This document shows, in pieces, positions 1-9,800 of a DNA stretch of 49,828 nucleotides (the first letter of the stretch is position 1; each line of letters begins with the position of its first letter). Made by a program: the position numbers and the translations under genes. This DNA is from Candidatus Micrarchaeota archaeon (GTDB lineage Archaea; Micrarchaeota; Micrarchaeia; Micrarchaeales; CABMGC01). The stretch lies in contig JAKATZ010000033.1 of assembly GCA_021827925.1 (NCBI GenBank), positions 1 to 49,828 of the forward strand. The letters run 5' to 3'. The notes under the pieces were generated by a model. The model was given only the letters and a program-made list of their open reading frames with translations. It did no database searches and was not told where the DNA came from.

Positions 1-44
1 ATCTTTGTGATATCTCCTTTATCCGTCTTGCCCTGTTTTGCCAT
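1..44 (-). CDS. 5' end of a gene running off the window (MAKQGKTDKGDITK...), product unknown
   Basis: ATG at 44, open to the window edge. TATA-like TTTAAAAA lies ~30 bp upstream on the minus strand, divergent from the thermosome gene. Confidence 0.45.
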   Translation of the reverse strand, partial: MAKQGKTDKGDITK

Positions 45-152
45 GGGATTCACACATATATATCTAACAAAAGCTTTTTAAAGCGATTGGGGGCAGCCCT
101 ACCTGCAGGCGCGCTCAAAACCCGCGTCTTTTTACCTCATCATAGTCACAGA

Positions 153-166
153 GAAAAGTATAAATA
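153..166 (+). promoter_or_regulatory. BRE/TATA box of thermosome gene
   Basis: GAAAAGTATAAATA: purine-rich BRE followed by TATAAATA, upstream of the ATG at 241. Confidence 0.6.
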
Positions 167-240
167 GATATTGCTGCCATATTAGTGTTGGAATTAATTA
201 CCGATGTAATTGGTCCGACTACTTATCAAAGGTGTATACA

Positions 241-1899
241 ATGGCAGAGAATCAATTGGGAGGACAACAGTACCTGATATTGCCGGAAGGTGCAAGCAGG
301 CTTATAGGAAAGGAAGCACAGAGGACTAACATAGCGGTAGGATATGCTGTAGCCAGCATAGTAAGGACCACGCTGGGCCCGAAGGGCATGGACAAGATGC
401 TTGTTAGCGAGCTTGGGGACATCATAATAACGAACGACGGCGCAACAATCCTTGAAGAGATGAACGTTGAGCATCCTGTCGCTAAAATAATGGTTGAGAT
501 AGCCAAGACGCAGGACAAGGAAGTCGGCGACGGTACAACAACCGCTGTCATAGTTGCGGGCGAACTGCTCAAGGGGGCCGGAAACCTGCTCGATCAGGGC
601 ATACCTCCTGCAGCGATAATCAAGGGCTATGAGATGGCAAGGGAGAAGGCGCTCGGAGTTCTCGAGAACATCTCGGGCAACATCGAGATATCTGACAGTG
701 AGAAGCTTCAGAAGATAGCGATGGTATCGCTTGGATCAAAGAACATAGGCAGTGATGCTACAAAGAAGTACCTCGCGCACCTCGCTCTGCAGTCGTTGCA
801 GCAGGTTGCCGTTAAGGAGGGCAACAAGGTAAACATAGACAGGGACTTCATAAAGCTGGAGAAGAAGGAAGGCGGCAGCATGGACGATACAGCATTCATA
901 AATGGCGTGCTGGTTGACAAGGAAATTGCGCATCCGGGCATGCCAAAGTCTGCCAAGAATGCAAGCATAGCGCTTCTCGACGTTGCCCTGGAGATCGAGA
1001 AGACCGAAACCGATGCAAGGATAGAGATAACCTCGCCTGAGCAGATGCAGGCCTTCCTAGCACAGGAAGAGAAGATGCTCAAGGAGATGGTAGGCAAGAT
1101 CGAGAAGAGCAAGGCAACTGTTGTGTTCATACAGAAGGGCATAGACGATGTCGCGCAGCACTACCTGGCAAAGGCCGGAATAATTGCTGTAAGAAGGGTG
1201 AAGAAGAGCGACATGGAGAAGCTAGCAAAGGCTACTGGCGCAAGGCTTGTAACAAGTCTGGACGATCTAACTCAGAATGACCTTGGTTTTGCCGGACTTG
1301 TCGAGGAGCGCAAGGTCTCCGGAGAGCAGATGATCTTCGTGGAGAAGTGCAAAGACCCTAAGAGCGTAACCATCTTCGTAAGGGGCGGTACAAAACAGAC
1401 CGTTGATGAAGTGGAGCGCGCACTAACAGATGTCCTCGGAGCTCTCTCAAGTGCAATAGAGGAGGGCAAATACGTCACAGGCGGAGGAAGCACCGAGATA
1501 GACGTTTCGACAAAGCTCAGAGACTACGCCACAGATGTTGGTGGAAGGGAGCAGCTTGCAATACAGGCTTTCGCAGACTCTCTCGAGATAGTACCAAAGT
1601 CTCTGGCAGAGAGCGCAGGCATGGATCCTATAGACACTCTCGTGCAACTCAGGAGCAAGCATAAGAACAAGGAAGGCAGGAGCTACGGCATAGATGTCTA
1701 CAAGAACGCAATAGGGGACATGGAGAAGCTTGGCGTAATCGAGCCTCTCAAGGTAAAGGTGCAGGCCTTAACCAGCGCCACCGACGCGGCCGCATCGATA
1801 CTCAGGATAGATGACATGATAAGCTCGAAAGGCAGGGGCGGCGGACCCGGAGGCATGCCTCCAGGAGGCCCTGGCGGAATGGGCGGTATGGAAGATTGA
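241..1899 (+). CDS. ths: Thermosome subunit (group II chaperonin)
   Basis: [24 protein letters not shown] motifs and GGM-rich C-terminal tail. ATG at 241 is preceded by AGGTG. Confidence 0.97.
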   Translation: MAENQLGGQQYLILPEGASRLIGKEAQRTNIAVGYAVASIVRTTLGPKGMDKMLVSELGDIIITNDGATILEEMNVEHPVAKIMVEIAKTQDKEVGDGTTTAVIVAGELLKGAGNLLDQGIPPAAIIKGYEMAREKALGVLENISGNIEISDSEKLQKIAMVSLGSKNIGSDATKKYLAHLALQSLQQVAVKEGNKVNIDRDFIKLEKKEGGSMDDTAFINGVLVDKEIAHPGMPKSAKNASIALLDVALEIEKTETDARIEITSPEQMQAFLAQEEKMLKEMVGKIEKSKATVVFIQKGIDDVAQHYLAKAGIIAVRRVKKSDMEKLAKATGARLVTSLDDLTQNDLGFAGLVEERKVSGEQMIFVEKCKDPKSVTIFVRGGTKQTVDEVERALTDVLGALSSAIEEGKYVTGGGSTEIDVSTKLRDYATDVGGREQLAIQAFADSLEIVPKSLAESAGMDPIDTLVQLRSKHKNKEGRSYGIDVYKNAIGDMEKLGVIEPLKVKVQALTSATDAAASILRIDDMISSKGRGGGPGGMPPGGPGGMGGMED

Positions 1900-1920
1900 A
1901 GGATAGTATTTATCCTTCAA
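1896..1920 (+). terminator. Perfect 10-bp hairpin over the thermosome stop codon (terminator or mRNA-stabilising element)
   Basis: TTGAAGGATA-GTATT-TATCCTTCAA; no long U-tract follows. Confidence 0.45.
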
Positions 1921-1948
1921 ATCCGCTTCCTAAGCGCTGCGTGTTCAA

Positions 1949-2524
1949 ATGGCCAAGATAATCGTCACAGGGACCCCTGGATCAGGAAAGAGTACGGTAC
2001 TTGCAAAGCTATCGGGGATAGAGATAGTTACCTTCTCCAGCGAGCTTCTAAAGCTGCTTGCTGAACGTGGCATAACCGACAGGGACCAGGTTAGACGGGT
2101 GCCATACCCTGTCACTGTAGAGATAAGGAGGAAGGCAATAGAGAAGCTAAACTCGATGAATGGCGACATGCTGATAGACACGCATGCCAGCGTAAAGAAG
2201 GGGATAAGGTACATTCCAGGGTTCTCCACTGCTGACCTCGGTGTAATGGAGGATGTTAAAGGCATAATCTACATAGATGCGCACGCCAATGACATATTGC
2301 TCAGGCGCATACTGGACAAGACCCGGAAGCGCGATGCAGATTCAGAAGAGGAGATCAAGGAGCAGAGGAGGATAAACGCGGCCCTTGTGGCATCGTACGC
2401 ACTCTACCTTGACGTTCCGATGTATATAATAATGAACCGCCAGGACATGATAGAGAAAGCGGTTGAAGACACCAAGAAAGCGATAAACGATGCCCTTGGC
2501 AAAGGGGAGTTCATGTTCGAATGA
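1949..2524 (+). CDS. adkA: Archaeal adenylate kinase
   Basis: P-loop GTPGSGKST, DRDQVR, IDTHA, YIPG motifs; conserved position before DUF106-rpl34e. Confidence 0.9.
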   Translation: MAKIIVTGTPGSGKSTVLAKLSGIEIVTFSSELLKLLAERGITDRDQVRRVPYPVTVEIRRKAIEKLNSMNGDMLIDTHASVKKGIRYIPGFSTADLGVMEDVKGIIYIDAHANDILLRRILDKTRKRDADSEEEIKEQRRINAALVASYALYLDVPMYIIMNRQDMIEKAVEDTKKAINDALGKGEFMFE

Positions 2525-2582
2525 CCGCAAGGTTAAAGAATCTGAAACACCAAGGGTTATTCATAATAAACGGGCAGTACAA

Positions 2583-3059
2583 ATGGACATACTACTAGTA
2601 GAGTTGGTTGCAGCCGCTTTTGCATATGCTGCATTCTCAATAACACTGCAGCGCAAGCTATCGAATATCGACAAGATGTACGAGATAAGGGCAACGATGA
2701 ACACGAAGACCAAGGATCTCATGCGCATGGCCAAGGAGAAGGCTGACAAGGCCACGATCGATGCTGCACAGAAGGAGCTGGCACAGCTTAGCATGGACAG
2801 CATGAAGAATCAGATGAAGCCGATGCTCATAGTGCTTCCAGTATTCTTCCTTATCTACTATGTACTGCTTCCTATGGGTTTTGCACCGAAGCTCACCCTG
2901 CAGATTCTTTCCTTTACGCTCGGATATCAGCAGGTGTTCATACTCGCCGCATTCGTCTCTGGACTGGTGCTCTCAACGTTGATGTCGATGCGGGACAGGA
3001 AGAGGCTCAGGAGCAAGTACGATTTCGGGCTGCTGCAGCCATCGCTCAAGCAGCAATAG
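2583..3059 (+). CDS. DUF106 / EMC3-TMCO1 (Oxa1 superfamily) membrane insertase
   Basis: TM1, coiled coil, then MKPML-TM2-TM3 layout; synteny between adk and rpl34e. Start moved to ATG 2583. Confidence 0.85.
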   Translation: MDILLVELVAAAFAYAAFSITLQRKLSNIDKMYEIRATMNTKTKDLMRMAKEKADKATIDAAQKELAQLSMDSMKNQMKPMLIVLPVFFLIYYVLLPMGFAPKLTLQILSFTLGYQQVFILAAFVSGLVLSTLMSMRDRKRLRSKYDFGLLQPSLKQQ

Positions 3060-3109
3060 ATAAATACTTTCCTAAAGATAAAGAATATGCTTACACTTAG
3101 GTGTTTTAT

Positions 3110-3436
3110 TTGCCAAAGCCAATGCACAGGTCTACCAGTTTCAGGCGCCTCCATAGGGTGACTCCATCAGGAAGGAAGGTTATTCATTTCGAAAGAAAAC
3201 CGGCAGCAATCCCGCACTGCGCAATATGCGGAAGCGAACTCAATGGCATATCAAGGAGCCGGAACTCAAAAGGCAGGACTCTTAGGAGCAATTCACGCAT
3301 ATTCGGCGGAGTCCTCTGTTCCGGCTGTTCTAGCGAGGTAATAAAGTCAGCAAGCAGGATAGAGCACGGAGAAATGAAGCTCAATGACATAAGCATAAGG
3401 CAGAGGGCCTATGTGCTTCAGATGATCTCTCATTAG
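3110..3436 (+). CDS. rpl34e: 50S ribosomal protein L34e
   Basis: RVTPSGRKVIHF, CAICG...LCSGC zinc motif, RIFGG. Probable TTG start at 3110 after AGGTG. Confidence 0.92.
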   Translation: MPKPMHRSTSFRRLHRVTPSGRKVIHFERKPAAIPHCAICGSELNGISRSRNSKGRTLRSNSRIFGGVLCSGCSSEVIKSASRIEHGEMKLNDISIRQRAYVLQMISH

Positions 3437-3445
3437 GATGGAAGA

Positions 3446-4252
3446 ATGTCCGGAGTAGACATAGGCAGTACCGTCACTGATTCTATAAAAACGCCTTTTA
3501 AAGACAGTACGCTGCTGATGATCGGGATTGTGCTTGCCTTAATCTCCGTATTGCAAGTCATTGCACTTGCCGTTATTGGAGTATCTTCACCGTTTAAAGT
3601 CGCGGGGAATCCTTTCGTATCCATGCTCACGATCTTTCTTGTTTCGCTGCCCTTTTCGTTGATCACGATATTCTTCGCCATAACGGCGTATTTCAGGGCA
3701 TGGCACGGCAACTCCATCTCGCTTGCGCAGGCAATTGCCTCTGCAGCCGGAAGGTATCTAAGCGCGCTTGCTACGAGCATACTCTTCTTGATAGTCTCAG
3801 TTGTTCCTCTGGCCATAATACTAATACTCGTACTGGCCACAAATTCACATTCTGCCGTAGCGTTGCTATTCGAGCTCCTCTCCGCGATCTACACCTTTTA
3901 TATGATTGTTAGACTTTCGATAGGACTGTCTTATTCGATTATAGGCAACAAAGACCCAATAAGCTCACTCAAATCTAGCTGGCACTCAACCTCGGGATCG
4001 TTCTGGTCCATACTCGCTGCCTTTATCCTGATAGGCCTTATACTGTTCGTGGCGATATTAATACCCGTCCTAATATCGGGTATTTCTGTGCTGTTCGCAG
4101 CCCCAGAAGTCCAGTCAGTTGTGCCAAATCTTGTAGCCGACATCGTATCCGGATTCTTTTCAATCTGCGGTTATGTCGCATCTGTATCCATATACGCGCA
4201 GCTTGTCGCTGGGAATAAGGGCCTTACTATAAATGCCGGCAAGGCGCAATGA
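3446..4252 (+). CDS. Hypothetical multi-pass membrane protein
   Basis: 268 aa, ~6 hydrophobic segments, 'ISSLKSSW...FWSIL' amphipathic motif seen in generic membrane families. Confidence 0.75.
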   Translation: MSGVDIGSTVTDSIKTPFKDSTLLMIGIVLALISVLQVIALAVIGVSSPFKVAGNPFVSMLTIFLVSLPFSLITIFFAITAYFRAWHGNSISLAQAIASAAGRYLSALATSILFLIVSVVPLAIILILVLATNSHSAVALLFELLSAIYTFYMIVRLSIGLSYSIIGNKDPISSLKSSWHSTSGSFWSILAAFILIGLILFVAILIPVLISGISVLFAAPEVQSVVPNLVADIVSGFFSICGYVASVSIYAQLVAGNKGLTINAGKAQ

Positions 4253-4280
4253 TATTAAACCTTAACTGCGTAGGTATTAT

Positions 4281-4841
4281 ATGGAAGCCATTGTCATCTG
4301 CGGCTTTCCCTCTTCCGGGAAGACCACTGTATCAAACCTTCTGGGCGAGAAGCTCTCACTCAAAGTGGTAGGCGGAGGTGACATACTGAAGGAGATGGCT
4401 ACAACACGCGGCTACACCCCATCGGGGAACGACTGGTGGGATACCGAGGAAGGGATACGCTTCTCAAAAGAGCGCGAAAAGGATCTCAACTTCGACAAGG
4501 AAGCCGACAGGATACTGCGCGACAAGATAGAGCGCGGCAACATAATAATAACAAGCTATGTAGCGCCATGGCTTGTGGAGAAAGGATTCAAGATCTGGCT
4601 CGAGGCCAGCATAGAAAACAGGGCGGAGAGGATGACTGAGAGGGATAAGCTCAGCCTCGAAGAATGCATACGGATAATAAAGATACGTGACAAGGAAAAT
4701 AATCTGCTTTACAAGAAGCTGTACAACATAGATTTTGGCAAGGACCTCTCTGTATTCGACATGGCGATTGACACAAACGACAAGACAGCCGCAGATGTCG
4801 CCGACCTGATAATAGAAAAGCTTAACGCTAAGAAAAAATAA
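4281..4841 (+). CDS. cmk: Cytidylate kinase (archaeal type)
   Basis: P-loop GFPSSGKTT, GDILKEMA, KIWLEAS, YNIDF...FDMAIDT; position before rpl14e. Confidence 0.9.
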   Translation: MEAIVICGFPSSGKTTVSNLLGEKLSLKVVGGGDILKEMATTRGYTPSGNDWWDTEEGIRFSKEREKDLNFDKEADRILRDKIERGNIIITSYVAPWLVEKGFKIWLEASIENRAERMTERDKLSLEECIRIIKIRDKENNLLYKKLYNIDFGKDLSVFDMAIDTNDKTAADVADLIIEKLNAKKK

Positions 4842-4852
4842 AAGGAGATCAA

Positions 4853-5116
4853 ATGGCACTGATAGAAGAAGGACGTGTTTGTATAAAGAAATCCGGAAGG
4901 GACGCGGGCAGCAAGGCCGTCGTGACAAAAGTGATAGACGATAATTTCGTCAGTATAATAACGGAAGGAAGGCCTCGCGAGAGAAGGTGCAACGTAAGGC
5001 ACCTGGAATTCCTCAACGAGAAGACCGACGCAAAGGACCCGTCAAAGGCAGCCGCCTACCTCGGGATCAATGAGAAGCAGAAGCCTTCCCCTCAGCAGAA
5101 GAAAGCGCAGAAATGA
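4853..5116 (+). CDS. rpl14e: 50S ribosomal protein L14e
   Basis: IEEGRVCIKKSGRDAGSKAVV KOW motif and RRCNVRHLE; SD GGAG upstream. Confidence 0.95.
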   Translation: MALIEEGRVCIKKSGRDAGSKAVVTKVIDDNFVSIITEGRPRERRCNVRHLEFLNEKTDAKDPSKAAAYLGINEKQKPSPQQKKAQK

Positions 5117-5312
5117 GTAAGTCATTTTCCCTGTGCGCAGTCCTGGCCGCATTTCTCGCGACATTCCTCGGGTCTATTACAACCGGCGCCTGATTCTGGG
5201 CATCCCTTCTTAGCATCCTCTCGATAGCTGGGCGAAGGTCGCTATCCCCTGCTATTACCTTCGCTGTTTCCAAAAGCCTTCTCTCCTCTTTTATGCTCAA
5301 AGTTCTTGCCAC
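5067..5312 (-). CDS. Possible small hypothetical protein (81 aa)
   Basis: Fills the gap between rpl14e and the aminotransferase. GTG start preceded by GTGATG, AT-rich TATA-like element at ~5341-5352, helical charged sequence. Overlaps the rpl14e 3' end. Confidence 0.4.
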   Translation of the reverse strand: MARTLSIKEERRLLETAKVIAGDSDLRPAIERMLRRDAQNQAPVVIDPRNVARNAARTAHRENDLLISALSSAEGKASASH

Positions 5313-5430
5313 AACATCACTCACTAAGTGGTTTCCCGCAAAGATTAATATTGCTTGCCTGCAACCCCAGAGTACACATTCATTCCAACCACGGCGCAAC
5401 CAATATAAGCCTGTCTTTATCTATCTCATC

Positions 5431-6762
5431 ATGCGAGTGAGAGTAGACAAGCGGATAAAGGACATAATAGCAAGGGACAAAGCAGTCATGCTCAAGACAA
5501 CAAAGGAACGCTACCCTTTTGTTGCAGATCACGGTTCCGGAGACCACGTCTATGACGTATCTGGTAACAAGTTCATAGATTTCTCCAGCTTCATAAGTGT
5601 TTACAATCTCGGGATCAATGCGAATAGCGAGGTGCGCGAGGCTGTAAAAGAGCAGGTAGACCTGCTGATGCATCCTGCATTCACTGATTTCTATGCCGAG
5701 AGGCCTGTAAGGTTCGCTGAGAAGCTAGTGAAGATGTTTCCAAAAGGTTTCGGCAAGGTATTCTTCTCGAATTCCGGCACAGAGGCAAACGAGGATGCCA
5801 TAAAGCTCTCCAGGATATTCACCAAGAGGCAGTACCTGCTCTCCTTCTACAACTCATTTCACGGAAGGACCGCCGGATCCCTGGCCCTGACTGCTTCAAA
5901 ATCAATACAGCGAAAGCACTACGGTCCATTCCCCGGAGTCATTCACGCTCCGTATCCATATCCGTACAGATGTCCGTTTGGGACCGAAGACCCTGATGAA
6001 TGCGGTCAGGCAAGCCTTGATTATCTCAAAAAGAACATTCTCGATAAAGAGGCTCCGCCAGACGAGATCGCTGCTATCTTCTTCGAACCCGTACAGGGGG
6101 AAGGCGGATATATAATCCCCCCGCAGAATTTCATAAAAGGGCTAAGGGAGATGTGCGACGATTACGGCATGCTGCTTGTCGCTGACGAAGTGCAGACGGG
6201 TTATATGCGCACAGGAAGCTTCCTGGCACTCGAGCACTTCGGTGTGGAGGCGGACATATATACAATGGCAAAATCCACTGCCGGCGGTATACCCTTCGGT
6301 GTTACCGTATCGCGCAGCTCTCTCGGAGATGTCCAGGAAGGCGAGCATGCGAATACCTTCGGCGGCAATCTGCTTGCCATAGCCGCAGCGGAAGCTTCTC
6401 TAGACTATATTAACCGCAACTTTCGGTCTCTCAGGTCAGGGATAAACTCAAGGAGCAGCATTGTGATGAGGCGCCTGCTCGAGATGCAGGAAAAATACGG
6501 CATTATAGGGGAGATACGCGGTATCGGGCTCATGATCGGCATCGAGCTCGTGAAAGACAGGAAGACAAGAGAGCCAGCGGAGAAGGAGAGATCTGCAGTG
6601 CTTGAAGAATGTTTCTACAATGGCCTTATCCTGCTCCCTGCCGGCCGGTCAACGATACGGGTAATACCTCCCTTAACCATATCCATAGCGAGCCTTGAAG
6701 AAGGGTTAGACATACTTGAAAACGCACTGCAGAAGCACTCAAAACGATCAAAAGCCAGATGA
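5431..6762 (+). CDS. Class III PLP-dependent aminotransferase (acetylornithine / 4-aminobutyrate aminotransferase family)
   Basis: NSGTEANE, SFHGRT, EPVQGEGG, DEVQTG, MAKS (PLP lysine), NTFGGN. Confidence 0.92.
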   Translation: MRVRVDKRIKDIIARDKAVMLKTTKERYPFVADHGSGDHVYDVSGNKFIDFSSFISVYNLGINANSEVREAVKEQVDLLMHPAFTDFYAERPVRFAEKLVKMFPKGFGKVFFSNSGTEANEDAIKLSRIFTKRQYLLSFYNSFHGRTAGSLALTASKSIQRKHYGPFPGVIHAPYPYPYRCPFGTEDPDECGQASLDYLKKNILDKEAPPDEIAAIFFEPVQGEGGYIIPPQNFIKGLREMCDDYGMLLVADEVQTGYMRTGSFLALEHFGVEADIYTMAKSTAGGIPFGVTVSRSSLGDVQEGEHANTFGGNLLAIAAAEASLDYINRNFRSLRSGINSRSSIVMRRLLEMQEKYGIIGEIRGIGLMIGIELVKDRKTREPAEKERSAVLEECFYNGLILLPAGRSTIRVIPPLTISIASLEEGLDILENALQKHSKRSKAR

Positions 6763-6826
6763 TGAAATGACTGGGTACCGTTCAGGAAGGCTGTATCCCT
6801 CAATCGAGTATCCTGCAGCTCACTGA
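6759..6826 (+). ncRNA. Candidate C/D-box sRNA guiding 2'-O-methylation of 23S rRNA
   Basis: Box C ATGATGA at 6759-6765, box D CTGA at 6823-6826. D-guide CCUGCAGCUCA pairs over 11 nt (one G-U) with 23S positions 28952-28962. C'/D' boxes not evident. Confidence 0.5.
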
Positions 6827-6862
6827 TAAGTCGTGCCGATTATTCCTGTCAGCGCGCGAAAA

Positions 6863-9800
6863 CTAGATGTATCTGCCCAGATTGAATTGCCCGCTCGTCG
6901 CATGTTCCTGGTCCTCGGATCCGAAGAATATGTTCTTGATCTCGTCCCTGACCAGGTAGAGTCTCTGCCTTATATACGGATCAAGCCCGTATCTCTCCGC
7001 AAGCCCTATCGCCATGTTAAGGTACTTCTCTATACCTCCCTTGGATATTGTCAGCAGGAGCTTTCCTCCGTCCTTAGCGCATTTACCTGTGAGAGGCACC
7101 CTTCTGTATTTTGCATTGCACGAAGAGCACCGGAAAGACTGCTTTGAAAACGAATGAAGATTCCCTATAAGATCCGGTATGAAATGGCTTAGGATCAGGC
7201 GCCGCGCCGCGTCTCTTCTGTCTATTGCATATATCATGTCCATGAGCCTGAACTCAGCGTCTACCTTGTCCTGCATTGTCTTGAACTGAGTGTACGAGCT
7301 TCTCCTTGGCGAATTCGCTATTGCGGCAACTGAAGATTCGTGGGTAAACCAGAGATTGTCGAATACGCTTTTGTCCCCCAGCCTGTTCTCGACTATCTCT
7401 ATGTTTACTTCGGACGGATACGGATATGATAAGCTCTTTTCGTAGAATGAAAGCGGATATCTCCTCACCACCTCCAGCGCATGAACCTCATCATCGACCT
7501 CATCAGGCATCACATTCAAGGTAAGTATCAGCGGTGTATCCATCGTACCACCCACCCCTGCAGGCAGGAAATCCCTTGAGAAATTTATAAGCGCATCGAG
7601 CAGCAGCATTGTTGTGTCCTCATCTCCGTCGCAGTTTCTCCTCCTTGCGGTTATCGTGTACGGATGTGCAAATCCAACGTTAGCGTCAGTGAAGCCTATT
7701 ATTCTTCCAAGGACACCGCACGAGGTGTGCGGCGATAAGGTTACGACCAGTTTGCCTATCATCTCCTGCGCTGACACTGCGTTGTAGAATCTGTCAAGCC
7801 CGTATAGCCCCTCCAGCATCTGATCTACGAATCTTGACACTTTCAGCATGTACTCTCCTCCCCTCCTGCTCAGTATCACGTCCTGGTGCCTCAGCTCGAG
7901 AAGCTGTTCATCGCTTGTCAGTTCGTTCCCGAAGCAATCCCTGTCATACCCGAGGCTTCTCAGCTTCTCCACTCCCGTGCCTATCTCTTTAGGGTAGAAG
8001 TGTGTCATCGGAACGTCAGTAGCATCGAATCTCGCAGTTCCGTCCTTGAATATGAAGACTCCGTTCTGCGCCCTCAGTATGCCTTTCTCAAGCTGTTCTC
8101 CTATCCTGTCCTTATTCGTAAGACCCTTCACTCCCTTGACCGCATCGGGAAGCCTATTGATCCCAAGCTTCTTCATGCTGTTGGATACCGCCTTGACCAA
8201 ATCAACCTTCCTCTGCTCCCATGCATTTGCAGGAGAGCTGCACTTCGGGCAGATATCCTCTTCTACTATGGCCCCGCAGCCGGAGCACTTCCTCTCAGGT
8301 ATTGCGTGCTTCTGGCAGTCGTAGCAGAAAGGGCTATCAACTATCCTCTGGCAGCTACTGCATTTGTACCTTGCAAGCTCAACCTCCAGAGAGGAGCCGA
8401 ATTTCTTTGAGTCTATTGCATACATCTTCGCGAGGTTCCTGTCTTTGCTTTGCATGCCTGCAGGAAAAAGCACGTGTGGCGCAGGCTTCATGAGCCTCTC
8501 TTTCGCTTTTTCCGGCCTCCCGATCCTTGATCCTATGAACGCAGATCTCTTCATTATCCTGAATGGAGCCAGGGCGTTTACCTGCTGGAGCACATCTCCG
8601 TCATCAGGGTAAGCCTCCGCGGCACTCTTGGGCACGACCATCACACCTTCCTTATCTGCAAACCCCAGCGATGCGGCAAGGCTCTGTGCATAATCTCCGT
8701 AAACAATCGCCTTTCCAAGAACCAGCCTGTGCGGCACATTGAGAAGCTCAAGCACCCTCTTCACTTCAGGATCGTTCTCAAGCGTTATTTCCTCAATATC
8801 AAAAAGGTTCCCGCCTCCCAGAACTGCTGCCAGTGCAGCTGCGAGCTTTCTCAGCCCAGCGCTGCCGACTCCCTGGAACTCAAAGAGGAACTTCGGGTGC
8901 ACCGGTATTCCGTGCTTCATCGATAACCAGAACGCATCTTTGAACCCAAGCTCCTTGTGATTCACCGGATCTCCTCCCGCAGCAGCAAGCTCGGCATCCC
9001 AGTATTCCTCTACGTAGCTTGAAGGACGAAGCTGGGTATTTGATTTCTTGAAATCTCCGTAGGTAACTAGCATATCTCCCAAAGAGAGGATCTCTGTCAC
9101 CTCTCCTTTGATCTTCTCTGCGGTTTCAGCATCATTGACCCTGAATGCATCCCCTGACCTGAGCTTTACAAAAGGTCCTTCTATCGAATCAACAGGAACA
9201 GCTATGCACCCCTTTCCGGGATAGTCTATCTTAAGCTGCGTTCCGAGGGCTATGAAGCTTCCTGTTATCGCCATCGTTGCAGGGCTAACTCCTTTCGAGG
9301 CTATCCCCGTAAGCCTGCTCCTTCCGTACCTCAGCCTGAAGCCGCCCATGTGGCCTGGATATGAGAGTATCGGCCTCCCAGCTACCAGCTCGTCGAGGAA
9401 GGCCATCTCCTTGCCACTCTTCTGCTTCTCCTCGCTCTTTTTGACATCAGCCTTTATCACGTTGTTCAGCCATCCCCAGTCAAGGCCAACTCCTTTCGTT
9501 TCCTTAAGCATCTTCTTCGCCTTCTGCGCTATCCCTTCGCATGTCACAAGTGCGATCCCTCCCCTGACTCTGTCTGTGACCGGAATCTGCTTCCCGTCGG
9601 CCTTAATCCTTAAAAGGCCCCTGTGGACGCCTACCTCTATAGTCTCTGTAGGCACGCCATCGATGCATACGGGGCAGTTGCTGATTATAGCACGTATGTC
9701 ATCGTCAGGCGGTCTGTACTGCAGCCGTGCCGCACGCGTGTGGTACAGCTCTATCTCCTCAACGGCCCTCTCGACCTCTTCCTGCGTGGGCTTATAGACA

